Below, one piece after another: positions 32,496 through 42,122 of a DNA stretch of 64,000 nt. Origin of the DNA: Escherichia coli (lineage in GTDB: Bacteria; Pseudomonadota; Gammaproteobacteria; Enterobacterales; Enterobacteriaceae); the NCBI RefSeq assembly GCF_965641715.1, contig NZ_OZ282453.1; one strand, written 5' to 3'. Position 1 is the first letter of the stretch. Each line of letters opens with the position of its first letter. The notes below the pieces were generated by a model. It saw only the letters and a list, made by a program, of their open reading frames with translations. It was not told the origin of the DNA and made no database searches. Both the position numbers and the translations under genes were made by a program.

Positions 32496-33419
32496 ATGAA
32501 TAATTTACCGCTGCTGAATGATTTGCGCGTCTTTATGCTGGTGGCTCGCCGGGCTGGTTTTGCCGCCGTGGCGGAAGAACTGGGCGTTTCACCGGCGTTC
32601 GTCAGCAAGCGCATCGCCTTGCTGGAGCAAACGCTAAACGTGGTGTTGTTACACCGCACCACCCGCCGCGTCACCATTACCGAAGAAGGAGAGCGGATTT
32701 ATGAATGGGCGCAGCGGATTTTGCAGGATGTCGGTCAGATGATGGACGAACTTTCTGACGTGCGTCAGGTGCCACAGGGGATGCTGCGTATTATCAGCAG
32801 CTTTGGTTTTGGACGACAGGTGGTGGCTCCGGCGTTATCAGCGCTGGCGAAGGCGTATCCGCAACTGGAATTACGTTTTGATGTGGAAGACCGGCTGGTC
32901 GATTTGGTCAATGAAGGTGTCGATCTCGATATTCGCATTGGCGATGACATCGCCCCTAATTTAATCGCCCGCAAACTGGCGACCAATTACCGCATTCTCT
33001 GCGCGTCGCCGGAATTTATTGCGCAACATGGCACGCCGAAACATTTAACCGATCTTTCTGCATTGCCGTGCCTGGTCATTAAAGAGCGCGATCATCCTTT
33101 TGGTGTCTGGCAATTACGCAATAAAGAAGGCCACCATGCGATTAAAGTCACCGGCCCACTGTCGTCTAATCATGGAGAAATTGTCCATCAGTGGTGTCTC
33201 GATGGGCAGGGGATTGCTCTGCGTTCCTGGTGGGATGTTAGCGAAAACATTGCCAGTGGTCATTTAGTGCAAGTGCTACCGGAATATTACCAGCCAGCGA
33301 ACGTCTGGGCCGTTTATGTTTCAAGGCTGGCGACGTCAGCGAAAGTGCGGATAACGGTAGAATTTTTACGCCAGTATTTTGCCGAGCACTACCCGAATTT
33401 TTCACTGGAGCATGCCTGA
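32496..33419 (+). CDS. dmlR: LysR-family regulator DmlR (YeaT), divergent from dmlA
   Basis: N-terminal LysR HTH; start set at MNNLPLLNDLRVF (307 aa), track ORF begins 7 codons earlier. Confidence 0.85.
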   Translation: MNNLPLLNDLRVFMLVARRAGFAAVAEELGVSPAFVSKRIALLEQTLNVVLLHRTTRRVTITEEGERIYEWAQRILQDVGQMMDELSDVRQVPQGMLRIISSFGFGRQVVAPALSALAKAYPQLELRFDVEDRLVDLVNEGVDLDIRIGDDIAPNLIARKLATNYRILCASPEFIAQHGTPKHLTDLSALPCLVIKERDHPFGVWQLRNKEGHHAIKVTGPLSSNHGEIVHQWCLDGQGIALRSWWDVSENIASGHLVQVLPEYYQPANVWAVYVSRLATSAKVRITVEFLRQYFAEHYPNFSLEHA

Positions 33420-33476
33420 TTAATGATTCAATTATCGGGTTGATATCAGGTTAAAACCTGATTTTCTCCTTTCTAA

Positions 33477-34184
<708 letters not shown>

Positions 34185-34262
34185 TGCTTTCAGCCCGCGT
34201 TGTCGCGGGCTTCCCATCTATAATCCTCCCTGATTCTTCTCTGATATGGTGCTAAAAAGTAA

Positions 34263-34290
34263 CCAATAAATGGTATTTAAAATGCAAATT
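34263..34290 (+). promoter_or_regulatory. Putative NsrR operator in the yeaR promoter
   Basis: AT-rich imperfect palindrome CCAATAAATGGTATTTAAAATGCAAATT about 70 bp upstream of the yeaR start; the yeaR-yoaG operon is known to be NsrR/NarL regulated. Confidence 0.4.
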
Positions 34291-34356
34291 ATCAGGCGTA
34301 CCCTGAAACGGCTGGAATAAACCGTTTTCAGCGCATTCACCGAAGGAGGGAAAAGG

Positions 34357-34479
34357 ATGCTTCAAATCCCACAGAATTATATTCATACGCGCTCAACGCC
34401 TTTCTGGAATAAACAAACTGCACCTGCTGGAATATTCGAACGTCATCTTGATAAAGGAACGCGCCCGGGGGTTTACCCC
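34357..34479 (+). pseudogene. yeaR: yeaR 5' fragment (codons 1-41), interrupted by IS186
   Basis: MLQIPQNYIHTRSTPFWNKQTAPAGIFERHLDKGTRPGVYP then reads into the IS and stops after 13 foreign codons. Confidence 0.85.
34468..34478. repeat. Left target-site duplication of IS186 (GGGGTTTACCC)
   Basis: Identical 11-mer recurs at 35817-35827 immediately after the right end of the IS. Confidence 0.8.
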
Positions 34480-35816
34480 ATAAGCGCTAACTTAAGGGTT
34501 GTGGTATTACGCCTGATATGATTTAACGTGCCGATGAATTACTCTCACGATAACTGGTCAGCAATTCTGGCCCATATTGGTAAGCCCGAAGAACTGGATA
34601 CTTCGGCACGTAATGCCGGGGCTCTAACCCGCCGCCGCGAAATTCGTGATGCTGCAACTCTGCTACGTCTGGGGCTGGCTTACGGCCCCGGGGGGATGTC
34701 ATTACGTGAAGTCACTGCATGGGCTCAGCTCCATGACGTTGCAACATTATCTGACGTGGCTCTCCTGAAGCGGCTGCGGAATGCCGCCGACTGGTTTGGC
34801 ATACTTGCCGCACAAACACTTGCTGTACGCGCCGCAGTTACGGGTTGTACAAGCGGAAAGAGATTGCGTCTTGTCGATGGAACAGCAATCAGTGCGCCCG
34901 GGGGCGGCAGCGCTGAATGGCGACTACATATGGGATATGATCCTCATACCTGTCAGTTCACTGATTTTGAGCTAACCGACAGCAGAGACGCTGAACGGCT
35001 GGACCGATTTGCGCAAACGGCAGACGAGATACGCATTGCTGACCGGGGATTCGGTTCGCGTCCCGAATGTATCCGCTCACTTGCTTTTGGAGAAGCTGAT
35101 TATATCGTCCGGGTTCACTGGCGAGGATTGCGCTGGTTAACTGCAGAAGGAATGCGCTTTGACATGATGGGTTTTCTGCGCGGGCTGGATTGCGGTAAGA
35201 ACGGTGAAACCACTGTAATGATAGGCAATTCAGGTAATAAAAAAGCCGGAGCTCCCTTTCCGGCACGTCTCATTGCCGTATCACTTCCTCCCGAAAAAGC
35301 ATTAATCAGTAAAACCCGACTGCTCAGCGAGAATCGTCGAAAAGGACGAGTAGTTCAGGCGGAAACGCTGGAAGCAGCGGGCCATGTGCTATTGCTAACA
35401 TCATTACCGGAAGATGAATATTCAGCAGAGCAAGTGGCTGATTGTTACCGTCTGCGATGGCAAATTGAACTGGCTTTTAAGCGGCTCAAAAGTTTGCTGC
35501 ACCTGGATGCTTTGCGTGCAAAGGAACCTGAACTCGCGAAAGCGTGGATATTTGCTAATCTACTCGCCGCATTTTTAATTGACGACATAATCCAGCCATC
35601 GCTGGATTTCCCCCCCAGAAGTGCCGGATCCGAAAAGAAGAACTAACTCGTTGTGGAGAATAACAAAAATGGTCATCTGGAGCTTACAGGTGGCCATTCG
35701 TGGGACAGTATCCCTGACAGCCTACAAAACGCAATTGAAGAACGCGAGGCATCGTCTTAACGAGGCACCGAGGCGTCGCATTCTTCAGATGGTTCAACCC
35801 TTAAGTTAGCGCTTAT
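34479..35816 (+). mobile_element. Insertion sequence IS186 (IS4 family), about 1338 bp
   Basis: Perfect 22-bp terminal inverted repeats ATAAGCGCTAACTTAAGGGTTG (34480-34501) and its reverse complement (35795-35816); single transposase ORF; flanked by an 11-bp direct repeat; boundary uncertain by 1 bp on the left. Confidence 0.9.
34528..35646 (+). CDS. IS186 transposase (DDE, IS4 family)
   Basis: 372-aa ORF MPMNYSHDNWSAILAHIGKPEELDTSARNAGALTRRREIRDAATLLRLGLAYGPGG... recognised as the IS186 transposase. Confidence 0.9.
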   Translation: MPMNYSHDNWSAILAHIGKPEELDTSARNAGALTRRREIRDAATLLRLGLAYGPGGMSLREVTAWAQLHDVATLSDVALLKRLRNAADWFGILAAQTLAVRAAVTGCTSGKRLRLVDGTAISAPGGGSAEWRLHMGYDPHTCQFTDFELTDSRDAERLDRFAQTADEIRIADRGFGSRPECIRSLAFGEADYIVRVHWRGLRWLTAEGMRFDMMGFLRGLDCGKNGETTVMIGNSGNKKAGAPFPARLIAVSLPPEKALISKTRLLSENRRKGRVVQAETLEAAGHVLLLTSLPEDEYSAEQVADCYRLRWQIELAFKRLKSLLHLDALRAKEPELAKAWIFANLLAAFLIDDIIQPSLDFPPRSAGSEKKN

Positions 35817-35827
35817 GGGGTTTACCC
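35817..35827. repeat. Right target-site duplication of IS186 (GGGGTTTACCC)
   Basis: Direct repeat of 34468-34478. Confidence 0.8.
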
Positions 35828-36065
35828 ACGCCTTTCCGTTATGCATGGGGCGGTCAAATATCTCGGCTACGCTGATGAACACAGTGCAGAGCCTGATCAG
35901 GTGATCCTTATCGAAGCGGGGCAGTTTGCGGTGTTCCCTCCAGAAAAGTGGCACAACATTGAAGCCATGACTGACGATACTTATTTCAACATTGACTTCT
36001 TCGTGGCTCCTGAAATCCTGATGGAAGGTGCGCAACAACGGAAAGTCATTCATAACGGGAAATGA
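35817..36065 (+). pseudogene. yeaR: yeaR 3' fragment (DUF1971), in frame with the duplicated target
   Basis: GVYPRLSVMHGAVKYLGYADEHSAEPDQVILIEAGQFAVFPPEKWHNIEAMTDDTYFNIDFFVAPEILMEGAQQRKVIHNGK; the duplicated GVYP codons show the IS split one ORF. Confidence 0.85.
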
Positions 36066-36068
36066 ATC

Positions 36069-36251
36069 ATGGGCAAAGCAACGTATACCGTGACCGTCAC
36101 CAATAACAGCAATGGCGTTTCTGTCGATTATGAAACAGAGACGCCGATGACTTTGCTGGTGCCAGAAGTGGCGGCTGAAGTGATAAAAGATCTGGTGAAT
36201 ACCGTGCGTTCTTATGACACGGAAAACGAACATGATGTTTGTGGTTGGTAA
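36069..36251 (+). CDS. yoaG: Small protein YoaG (DUF1869)
   Basis: 60-aa ORF starting 4 bp after the yeaR stop; second gene of the yeaR-yoaG operon. Confidence 0.8.
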   Translation: MGKATYTVTVTNNSNGVSVDYETETPMTLLVPEVAAEVIKDLVNTVRSYDTENEHDVCGW

Positions 36252-36398
36252 TTATCACTGATCGTTGATGGCGCAATTTCTGCGCCATCGCAAAATAATC
36301 CTCCGTGATGCTCGTCACAAATCTTGCCCTCCCGATGTTGTGCTATGCTTTTTATCAGCGACTAACCCGCTAATGCAAAACAGATAAGTGAGGAAACA

Positions 36399-36647
36399 AT
36401 GGGCATTCTGTCATGGATTATTTTTGGGCTTATTGCCGGTATTCTGGCGAAGTGGATCATGCCAGGTAAAGATGGTGGTGGATTCTTTATGACTATCCTG
36501 CTGGGGATAGTCGGTGCCGTAGTCGGCGGATGGATCAGCACGCTGTTTGGCTTTGGTAAAGTTGATGGCTTCAATTTTGGCAGCTTCGTGGTTGCCGTTA
36601 TTGGTGCGATTGTCGTGCTATTTATCTACAGGAAGATTAAAAGTTAA
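36399..36647 (+). CDS. yeaQ: Transglycosylase-associated (GlsB/YeaQ/YmgE) small membrane protein YeaQ
   Basis: 82-aa Gly-rich two-TM ORF. Confidence 0.85.
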   Translation: MGILSWIIFGLIAGILAKWIMPGKDGGGFFMTILLGIVGAVVGGWISTLFGFGKVDGFNFGSFVVAVIGAIVVLFIYRKIKS

Positions 36648-36661
36648 CGCTTAAATTGCAC

Positions 36662-36695
36662 AAAGGCTGCACACAGGCAGCCTTTGCTATTTTTT
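36662..36695. terminator. Intrinsic terminator after yeaQ, possibly bidirectional
   Basis: Stem AAAGGCTGC/GCAGCCTTT with 6-nt loop, followed by T-run; convergent yoaJ ends at 36706. Confidence 0.7.
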
Positions 36696-36705
36696 AGAGG
36701 TGACG

Positions 36706-36780
36706 TTACCACCATCCCAGCTCAGTGCCGAGTACGACAATAATCGCCACACCCATCATAATAATCGTTGTTTTTTTCAT
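36706..36780 (-). CDS. yoaJ: Very small membrane protein YoaJ (24 aa)
   Basis: Manual translation MKKTTIIMMGVAIIVVLGTELGWW. Confidence 0.6.
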   Translation of the reverse strand: MKKTTIIMMGVAIIVVLGTELGWW

Positions 36781-36782
36781 CT

Positions 36783-36881
36783 TTATGCTCCCGGGGCAGC
36801 ATAGCCGCCAATAAAAAACCATGCTAAAAATACGACCGCTGTAATGAAGATTACAACCGGAAAAATAATACCGATTCGCAT
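36783..36881 (-). CDS. yoaK: Very small membrane protein YoaK (32 aa)
   Basis: Manual translation MRIGIIFPVVIFITAVVFLAWFFIGGYAAPGA, immediately upstream of yoaJ. Confidence 0.6.
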   Translation of the reverse strand: MRIGIIFPVVIFITAVVFLAWFFIGGYAAPGA

Positions 36882-36913
36882 GTTATCACCAATCAAAAGG
36901 ATGTGAATACGCC

Positions 36914-37939
36914 TCAGGAATGTAGCGCTGGATGCGTGACAAAAGGTGTTTTCTGTTTGTGTTTTTTCTCCTGATACATCGCGATATCGGCAGCATGCAG
37001 GGCACTGTCTGCATCGGTCGTTTCAGGATCGACTTCTACTATGCCAAGACTGGCACCGGGATAATACAAATCAACATCACCTAAGTGATATTCTCCACGT
37101 ATTTGCTGTTGAATACGTTCTCGCAGCGACGAAATATCCGCATTCTCGTTGTTTAGTGAAACAACCAAAAACTCATCACCACCGAGACGACCAATAACTT
37201 CGCCATTTTGCTGGAGCGTATTAAGGCGCTCGCCAACCTGAATGAGAAACAGATCGCCACTATTATGACCAAAACGATCATTGATTAATTTGAAGTTATC
37301 CAGATCGATAAACGCGATCATTATCTTATGGTTAAGATGCCGGGCGAGGGAAAACAGCGTCGTCAGATTTTCAAAAATCGCCCGCCGATTCGGTAGCCCG
37401 GTTAACGAGTCGGTATACGATTGCGCAATCAGCGCAGCATTGGCTTCGCGCAGCTGTTCAACCAGTGCCTCTTTTTGAATATATTGTGCAATCAGTCCGG
37501 CGAATAACTGTAAAACCTGTTCCGCGCGTTCACTCCACTGGCGCTTCTCACTGCTGGCGGCGCAAAGCGTGCCATAGAATGATCCATCCGGTAAGTGAAT
37601 TGGCGTGCTCAGAAATGTGGTGATGCCAAGATTGCGTGCCGCAATACAGTCGCCCCAACGGTCAGGGACTTCATCGCTGAAAAAGCAGTTTTCATCAATG
37701 GCGCGTTTGCATAACGAGTAATCCCACGAGACGGTAAAATTCTCCGGGATGTGCATTTTCTGGCTGTTACGGGCAAACATAATATGCTGCAGGCGCGCTT
37801 CGACATCCACTTTGGTCAGGTAGGTTGATTCCATATCAGTGACCATTTCCAGCATCTCCAGAAGCTGTCGGACCAGACTTTCCAGTGACTGTTCTTTGGC
37901 AAGGGATTGCGAGACGCGGGCGATAATCTGATCTGACAC
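36914..37939 (-). CDS. dgcP: Diguanylate cyclase DgcP (YeaP), GAF-GGDEF
   Basis: GGDEF active-site motif RLGGDEFLVV; start set at GTG giving MSDQIIARVSQ (341 aa), track ORF extends 43 codons upstream. Confidence 0.8.
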   Translation of the reverse strand: MSDQIIARVSQSLAKEQSLESLVRQLLEMLEMVTDMESTYLTKVDVEARLQHIMFARNSQKMHIPENFTVSWDYSLCKRAIDENCFFSDEVPDRWGDCIAARNLGITTFLSTPIHLPDGSFYGTLCAASSEKRQWSERAEQVLQLFAGLIAQYIQKEALVEQLREANAALIAQSYTDSLTGLPNRRAIFENLTTLFSLARHLNHKIMIAFIDLDNFKLINDRFGHNSGDLFLIQVGERLNTLQQNGEVIGRLGGDEFLVVSLNNENADISSLRERIQQQIRGEYHLGDVDLYYPGASLGIVEVDPETTDADSALHAADIAMYQEKKHKQKTPFVTHPALHS

Positions 37940-38121
37940 GGAACAACTCCAGGATACGGCGGGTAAATGCTGATTATTTAATCTTTGCAGGCATGATAAA
38001 ACATCATCAACAAAGATGAAACAAGACGTAATATGTTTTGAGTGAATGTAATAAAAATAGTGCTGCAAAACAAAACGATACCGCGATACTCTAAGCTTGG
38101 ATACATATGTGAGATCAATAA

Positions 38122-38376
38122 ATGAAAATTATCAGTTTTGTTCTGCCTTGCTTGCTGATCCTAGCTGGTTGTTCAACCCGTTCTCAGCCAGAAGCACCTA
38201 AACCGCCGCAGATTGGTATGGCAAATCCGGCGTCGGTCTATTGCCAGCAGAAGGGCGGGACGCTCATTCCAGTGCAGACAGCGCAAGGGGTCAGCAACAA
38301 TTGCAAATTACCGGGTGGTGAAACGATTGATGAATGGGCATTGTGGCGACGGGACCATCCGGCTGGTGAAAAATAA
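38122..38376 (+). CDS. yoaF: Lipoprotein YoaF (DUF333)
   Basis: 84-aa ORF with lipoprotein signal and lipobox LAGC. Confidence 0.8.
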   Translation: MKIISFVLPCLLILAGCSTRSQPEAPKPPQIGMANPASVYCQQKGGTLIPVQTAQGVSNNCKLPGGETIDEWALWRRDHPAGEK

Positions 38377-38397
38377 CCGCCGGATGCCGTACTAAAA

Positions 38398-38745
38398 TCA
38401 CAAGCTACGTAGCCAGTCGGCCAGCACCAGCGCATGGTTCTGCGTGGCGTTTTTTGCTGAGTAGAGCAGGGTCAGCGGCTGTTTTTTGGCGATGTCCGCT
38501 AGCCGCTTTCCTTCTTGCTCGTGTTGCGCCAGTTCTGCAAGATATTGCTCGCGAAAGGTTGCAAAATCGACGACTTCGCCGTGAAAGGCTTTGCGCAGTT
38601 CCGTTGACGGCGTGATTTCTTTATCCCACTCATCAAGGGCTAAATCGGTTTTTTTGATACCGCGCGGCCAGAGGCGGTCGACCAGTATGCGATAACCATC
38701 GCTCTGTTCTGCCGGATCATAAACGCGTTTGCACTGAATATTCAT
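38398..38745 (-). CDS. yeaO: DUF488 protein YeaO
   Basis: Start set at MNIQCKRVYDP (115 aa); track ORF begins 7 codons earlier. Confidence 0.8.
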   Translation of the reverse strand: MNIQCKRVYDPAEQSDGYRILVDRLWPRGIKKTDLALDEWDKEITPSTELRKAFHGEVVDFATFREQYLAELAQHEQEGKRLADIAKKQPLTLLYSAKNATQNHALVLADWLRSL

Positions 38746-38799
38746 CGTGTTTGTTCTCCCTTTCACGCATGATTTGTCACGTCACTATAGCACCGGATA

Positions 38800-39981
38800 T
38801 TAGCGAATTTCTTTGTCTCTTCCGGCGCAAAGTCCGAAAATCGCCATCAGTAGTGAAAGTATTGCAACACCCATCAGTGGTACGGACCAGTCACCGTTAG
38901 CATCGTGCATTTTACCCATCAGCGGCGGCCCACAGGCTGCCAGCAAATACCCGACGGATTGTGCCATCCCCGAGAGTGCCGCCGCCTGATGCGCAGAACT
39001 TGCCCGAAGACCAATGAACGTCAACCCCAGTATCATTGTTGCGCCGGAACCAAAACCGAAAAGCAGAGTCCAGGTGATCGCATGCGCTGGCATAAAGCAG
39101 AGCCCAACCGCGCCCACTGCGCACATCAAGGCAACGAACGCTGCAATACCACGCTGATCTTTCACATGATGTAAGAAAAGTGGGATCAGCAAACCGGGCG
39201 CTGCTGTGGCTAGTTGCAGCAAACCATGCAGTGAACCCGCCTGTGCTTCGCTATAGCCGTGACTGATGAGGATCGCCGGAAGCCAGCCAATAATCACGTA
39301 ATAGATCAGTGAGTTGATCCCAAGAAACAATGTTACCTGCCAGGCAAGCGGCGAACGCCAGATACCCCGAGTATGTAAGGCGCGCGAGGTACTCAAATTT
39401 GCATGTTGTTGGCTTCGCCACTGTGGCAGCCATAAAAAAAGAGCCAGCAGAGGAAAACACATCAGCATGAGCAACGCGCCTTGCCAGCCAAAACCGTTCA
39501 AAGCCAGCGGCACTACCATAGCCGATCCCAGAGCCGCCGCAGCTCCCATTGTCAGGGAATATGCGCCGGTAAGTCTGGCGACGGAATGAGGGAAATCGCG
39601 TTTAATTAATCCTGGCAGTAAGACATTACCTAATGCAATCCCACCGCCAATGACCGCTGTACCGCCAAATAATAAGTAAGGCGAAGGGAGAGAGCGAATT
39701 GCGATACCTGCACAGATCAAAAGTAACGCGGCAAACAGGCTACGTTCCATACCAAAACGTCGCGCCACCGGGGCAGCCAGAGGTGAGATTAGCGCAAAGG
39801 CCAATAATGGCAGGGTGGTCAATAAGCCGGTTTGCGCAGTCGTCAGCGAGTAAGCGGAACGAATCGTATCGAGTAACGGTGCTGCGCCGGTGAAGGTGAC
39901 GCGTAATGTAGTGGCAATCATCAGAATGCCAGCGATAAGGACAATCCTGTTTTTGCCGCTTAATGAAGTTGAACAGGTCAT
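38800..39981 (-). CDS. nimT: MFS transporter NimT (YeaN), 2-nitroimidazole exporter
   Basis: 393-aa 12-TM ORF, cyanate-permease-like MFS. Confidence 0.8.
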   Translation of the reverse strand: MTCSTSLSGKNRIVLIAGILMIATTLRVTFTGAAPLLDTIRSAYSLTTAQTGLLTTLPLLAFALISPLAAPVARRFGMERSLFAALLLICAGIAIRSLPSPYLLFGGTAVIGGGIALGNVLLPGLIKRDFPHSVARLTGAYSLTMGAAAALGSAMVVPLALNGFGWQGALLMLMCFPLLALFLWLPQWRSQQHANLSTSRALHTRGIWRSPLAWQVTLFLGINSLIYYVIIGWLPAILISHGYSEAQAGSLHGLLQLATAAPGLLIPLFLHHVKDQRGIAAFVALMCAVGAVGLCFMPAHAITWTLLFGFGSGATMILGLTFIGLRASSAHQAAALSGMAQSVGYLLAACGPPLMGKMHDANGDWSVPLMGVAILSLLMAIFGLCAGRDKEIR

Positions 39982-40077
39982 ATGCTTCTCATTGTTACAA
40001 ACGAGGCTGTACCTTACCGTTTTTATTGTTATGTTGAATCAAGCTAAAATGACAAATTATCGCTAAATTCGGACAAA

Positions 40078-40899
40078 ATGATGCACAGGTTGAATCTCAA
40101 TGGCTATGAACCCGACCGACACCATGAAGCCGCGGTCGCATTTTGTATTCACGCCGGAACGGATGAGTTAACCAGTCCTGTACATCAGCACCGCAAAGGA
40201 CAGCTGATACTGGCGCTACATGGTGCAATTACCTGTACGGTGGAAAATGCTTTGTGGATGGTGCCGCCACAATATGCGGTTTGGATACCGGGCGGGGTGG
40301 AACATAGCAATCAAGTGACAGCTAACGCTGAACTCTGTTTTCTGTTTATCGAACCCAGCGCAGTGACAATGCCGACAACATGTTGCACATTGAAAATATC
40401 GCCCTTATGCCGGGAATTGATTTTAACCCTGGCAAACAGGACGACGACTCAGCGTGCTGAGCCGATGACCCGCAGATTAATTCAGGTCCTGTTTGATGAA
40501 CTCCCTCAGCAGCCACAACAACAGCTGCACCTGCCCGTTTCTTCTCATCCTAAAATCCGCACGATGGTGGAGATGATGGCGAAAGGGCCCGTCGAGTGGG
40601 GGTCATTGGGGCAATGGGCTGGCTTTTTTGCGATGAGTGAACGCAATCTTGCCCGACTGATAGTAAAAGAGACGGGGTTGAGTTTTCGCCAGTGGCGTCA
40701 GCAGTTACAGCTGATTATGGCGCTTCAGGGATTAGTGAAAGGCGATACTGTACAGAAAGTTGCTCATACGCTGGGGTATGATTCAACAACGGCCTTTATT
40801 ACTATGTTTAAGAAAGGCCTGGGGCAAACGCCAGGCCGATATATTGCGGGATTAACTACTGTTTCCCCACAATCAGCGAAACCAGACCCGCGGCAATAA
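40078..40899 (+). CDS. nimR: AraC-family regulator NimR (YeaM)
   Basis: 273-aa ORF: cupin-like N-terminal domain and C-terminal AraC HTH; divergent from nimT. Confidence 0.8.
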
Positions 40900-41302
40900 G
40901 CGGGCCAACCGGTACGCCGCGAAACAGCGCCACGCCTAAAACAGTGCCCACCAGCAGCCCGGCGACCAGTTGCGGCTGGCTGCCCATTAACGTCACGCCG
41001 CGCCCACCCAGCCAGGAGACAATAACGCCTACTGCAATTGCCACCAGCGATTTCCAGTTCAGAAACGAGTGAATCAGGGTTGAGGGTGGTAGCGTCCCGC
41101 TGGCGATGGGGGCCATAACGCCAATCGTCAGAATGATTATCCCGATACTTAGCCCCTGTTTTTCAATCCACGGGAAAAAGGTGCTTAACGGTGTGACGCG
41201 GACAATGATCAACACCAGAATTGAAACGGCGACAGTGGTGTTATGACTGATAAAGCCCAGCGCAGCTAACCCGAGCAGGATCAGCAAAGTGACATCAAAC
41301 AT
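40856..41302 (-). CDS. yeaL: UPF0756 inner-membrane protein YeaL
   Basis: 148-aa hydrophobic ORF; its 3' end overlaps the nimR 3' end by 44 bp on the opposite strand. Confidence 0.8.
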
Positions 41303-41471
41303 CGTGGTTTCCTTGCCAAAAAATAATAAGCCTGCTTACTTTACGCTTGCTGCAGGAAGGAAGTAGAAAATCTTTACGTTTTTTGCATAAAAAATCAGGC
41401 GAACTGTCATCAAACTGCCATTTGTGCACGCTAACAATAACGTGAAAACAGCTATCTCCCGGGGGCATACT

Positions 41472-41576
41472 ATGAACGATCAAATGTTCGTCGAGACACT
41501 GATTATCACGTCATCGTTTTTTGCCATTGCGGTTGTGCTGGTTTTGTCCGTTCTGCTTATTGAACGGACAGGCTAG
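41472..41576 (+). CDS. yoaI: Small membrane protein YoaI (34 aa)
   Basis: Manual translation [34 protein letters not shown]. Confidence 0.65.
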   Translation: MNDQMFVETLIITSSFFAIAVVLVLSVLLIERTG

Positions 41577-42080
41577 TTACGCAGTGCGGCGGAAATTGAT
41601 CAGTTCTGGTTGCGCAATGCGCAAATAATCCGCGGTTTTCAAAATAACGGATTTATCCAGCATCCCTGCATTGAAGGCGATTTCATCAAATCGTTCGAAG
41701 AGTAGGGGGTCGGCAACCAGTTTGAGTTTTGGATGGAAGCTGAAAGGGGGGATCGCGCCGAAGACACAGCCTGTGAGTTCATCGACTTCCGCCGGGCTGG
41801 CCAACGAAGCGCGTAATCCGCCTATATGGCTGGCGAGTTGGCTCAGATCGGCCTGTTGATCGGCAGCGAGGATCGCCAGAACATGTTGATTTACGCCATT
41901 GCCTTTGACTTTACATACCAGTGCCTTAGCACCCTGGCCTAGAGCGGTGCCACGAATTTCTGACACCGCTTCACATTTACCTACCGCTTCATGGGTAACG
42001 ACGCGGAAATCAGCACCTTCTTGTGATAATAAAGCGATTAACCGCTGATGCGTCACGCTTCCTTTAGCCATTTCAGTCAT
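41577..42080 (-). CDS. yeaK: YbaK/ProX-type aminoacyl-tRNA deacylase YeaK
   Basis: 167-aa ORF with YbaK-like domain. Confidence 0.85.
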   Translation of the reverse strand: MTEMAKGSVTHQRLIALLSQEGADFRVVTHEAVGKCEAVSEIRGTALGQGAKALVCKVKGNGVNQHVLAILAADQQADLSQLASHIGGLRASLASPAEVDELTGCVFGAIPPFSFHPKLKLVADPLLFERFDEIAFNAGMLDKSVILKTADYLRIAQPELINFRRTA

Positions 42081-42122
42081 TTCACGCTCCTGAGATTACA
42101 AGCAAACAACCACAGAAGGTTA

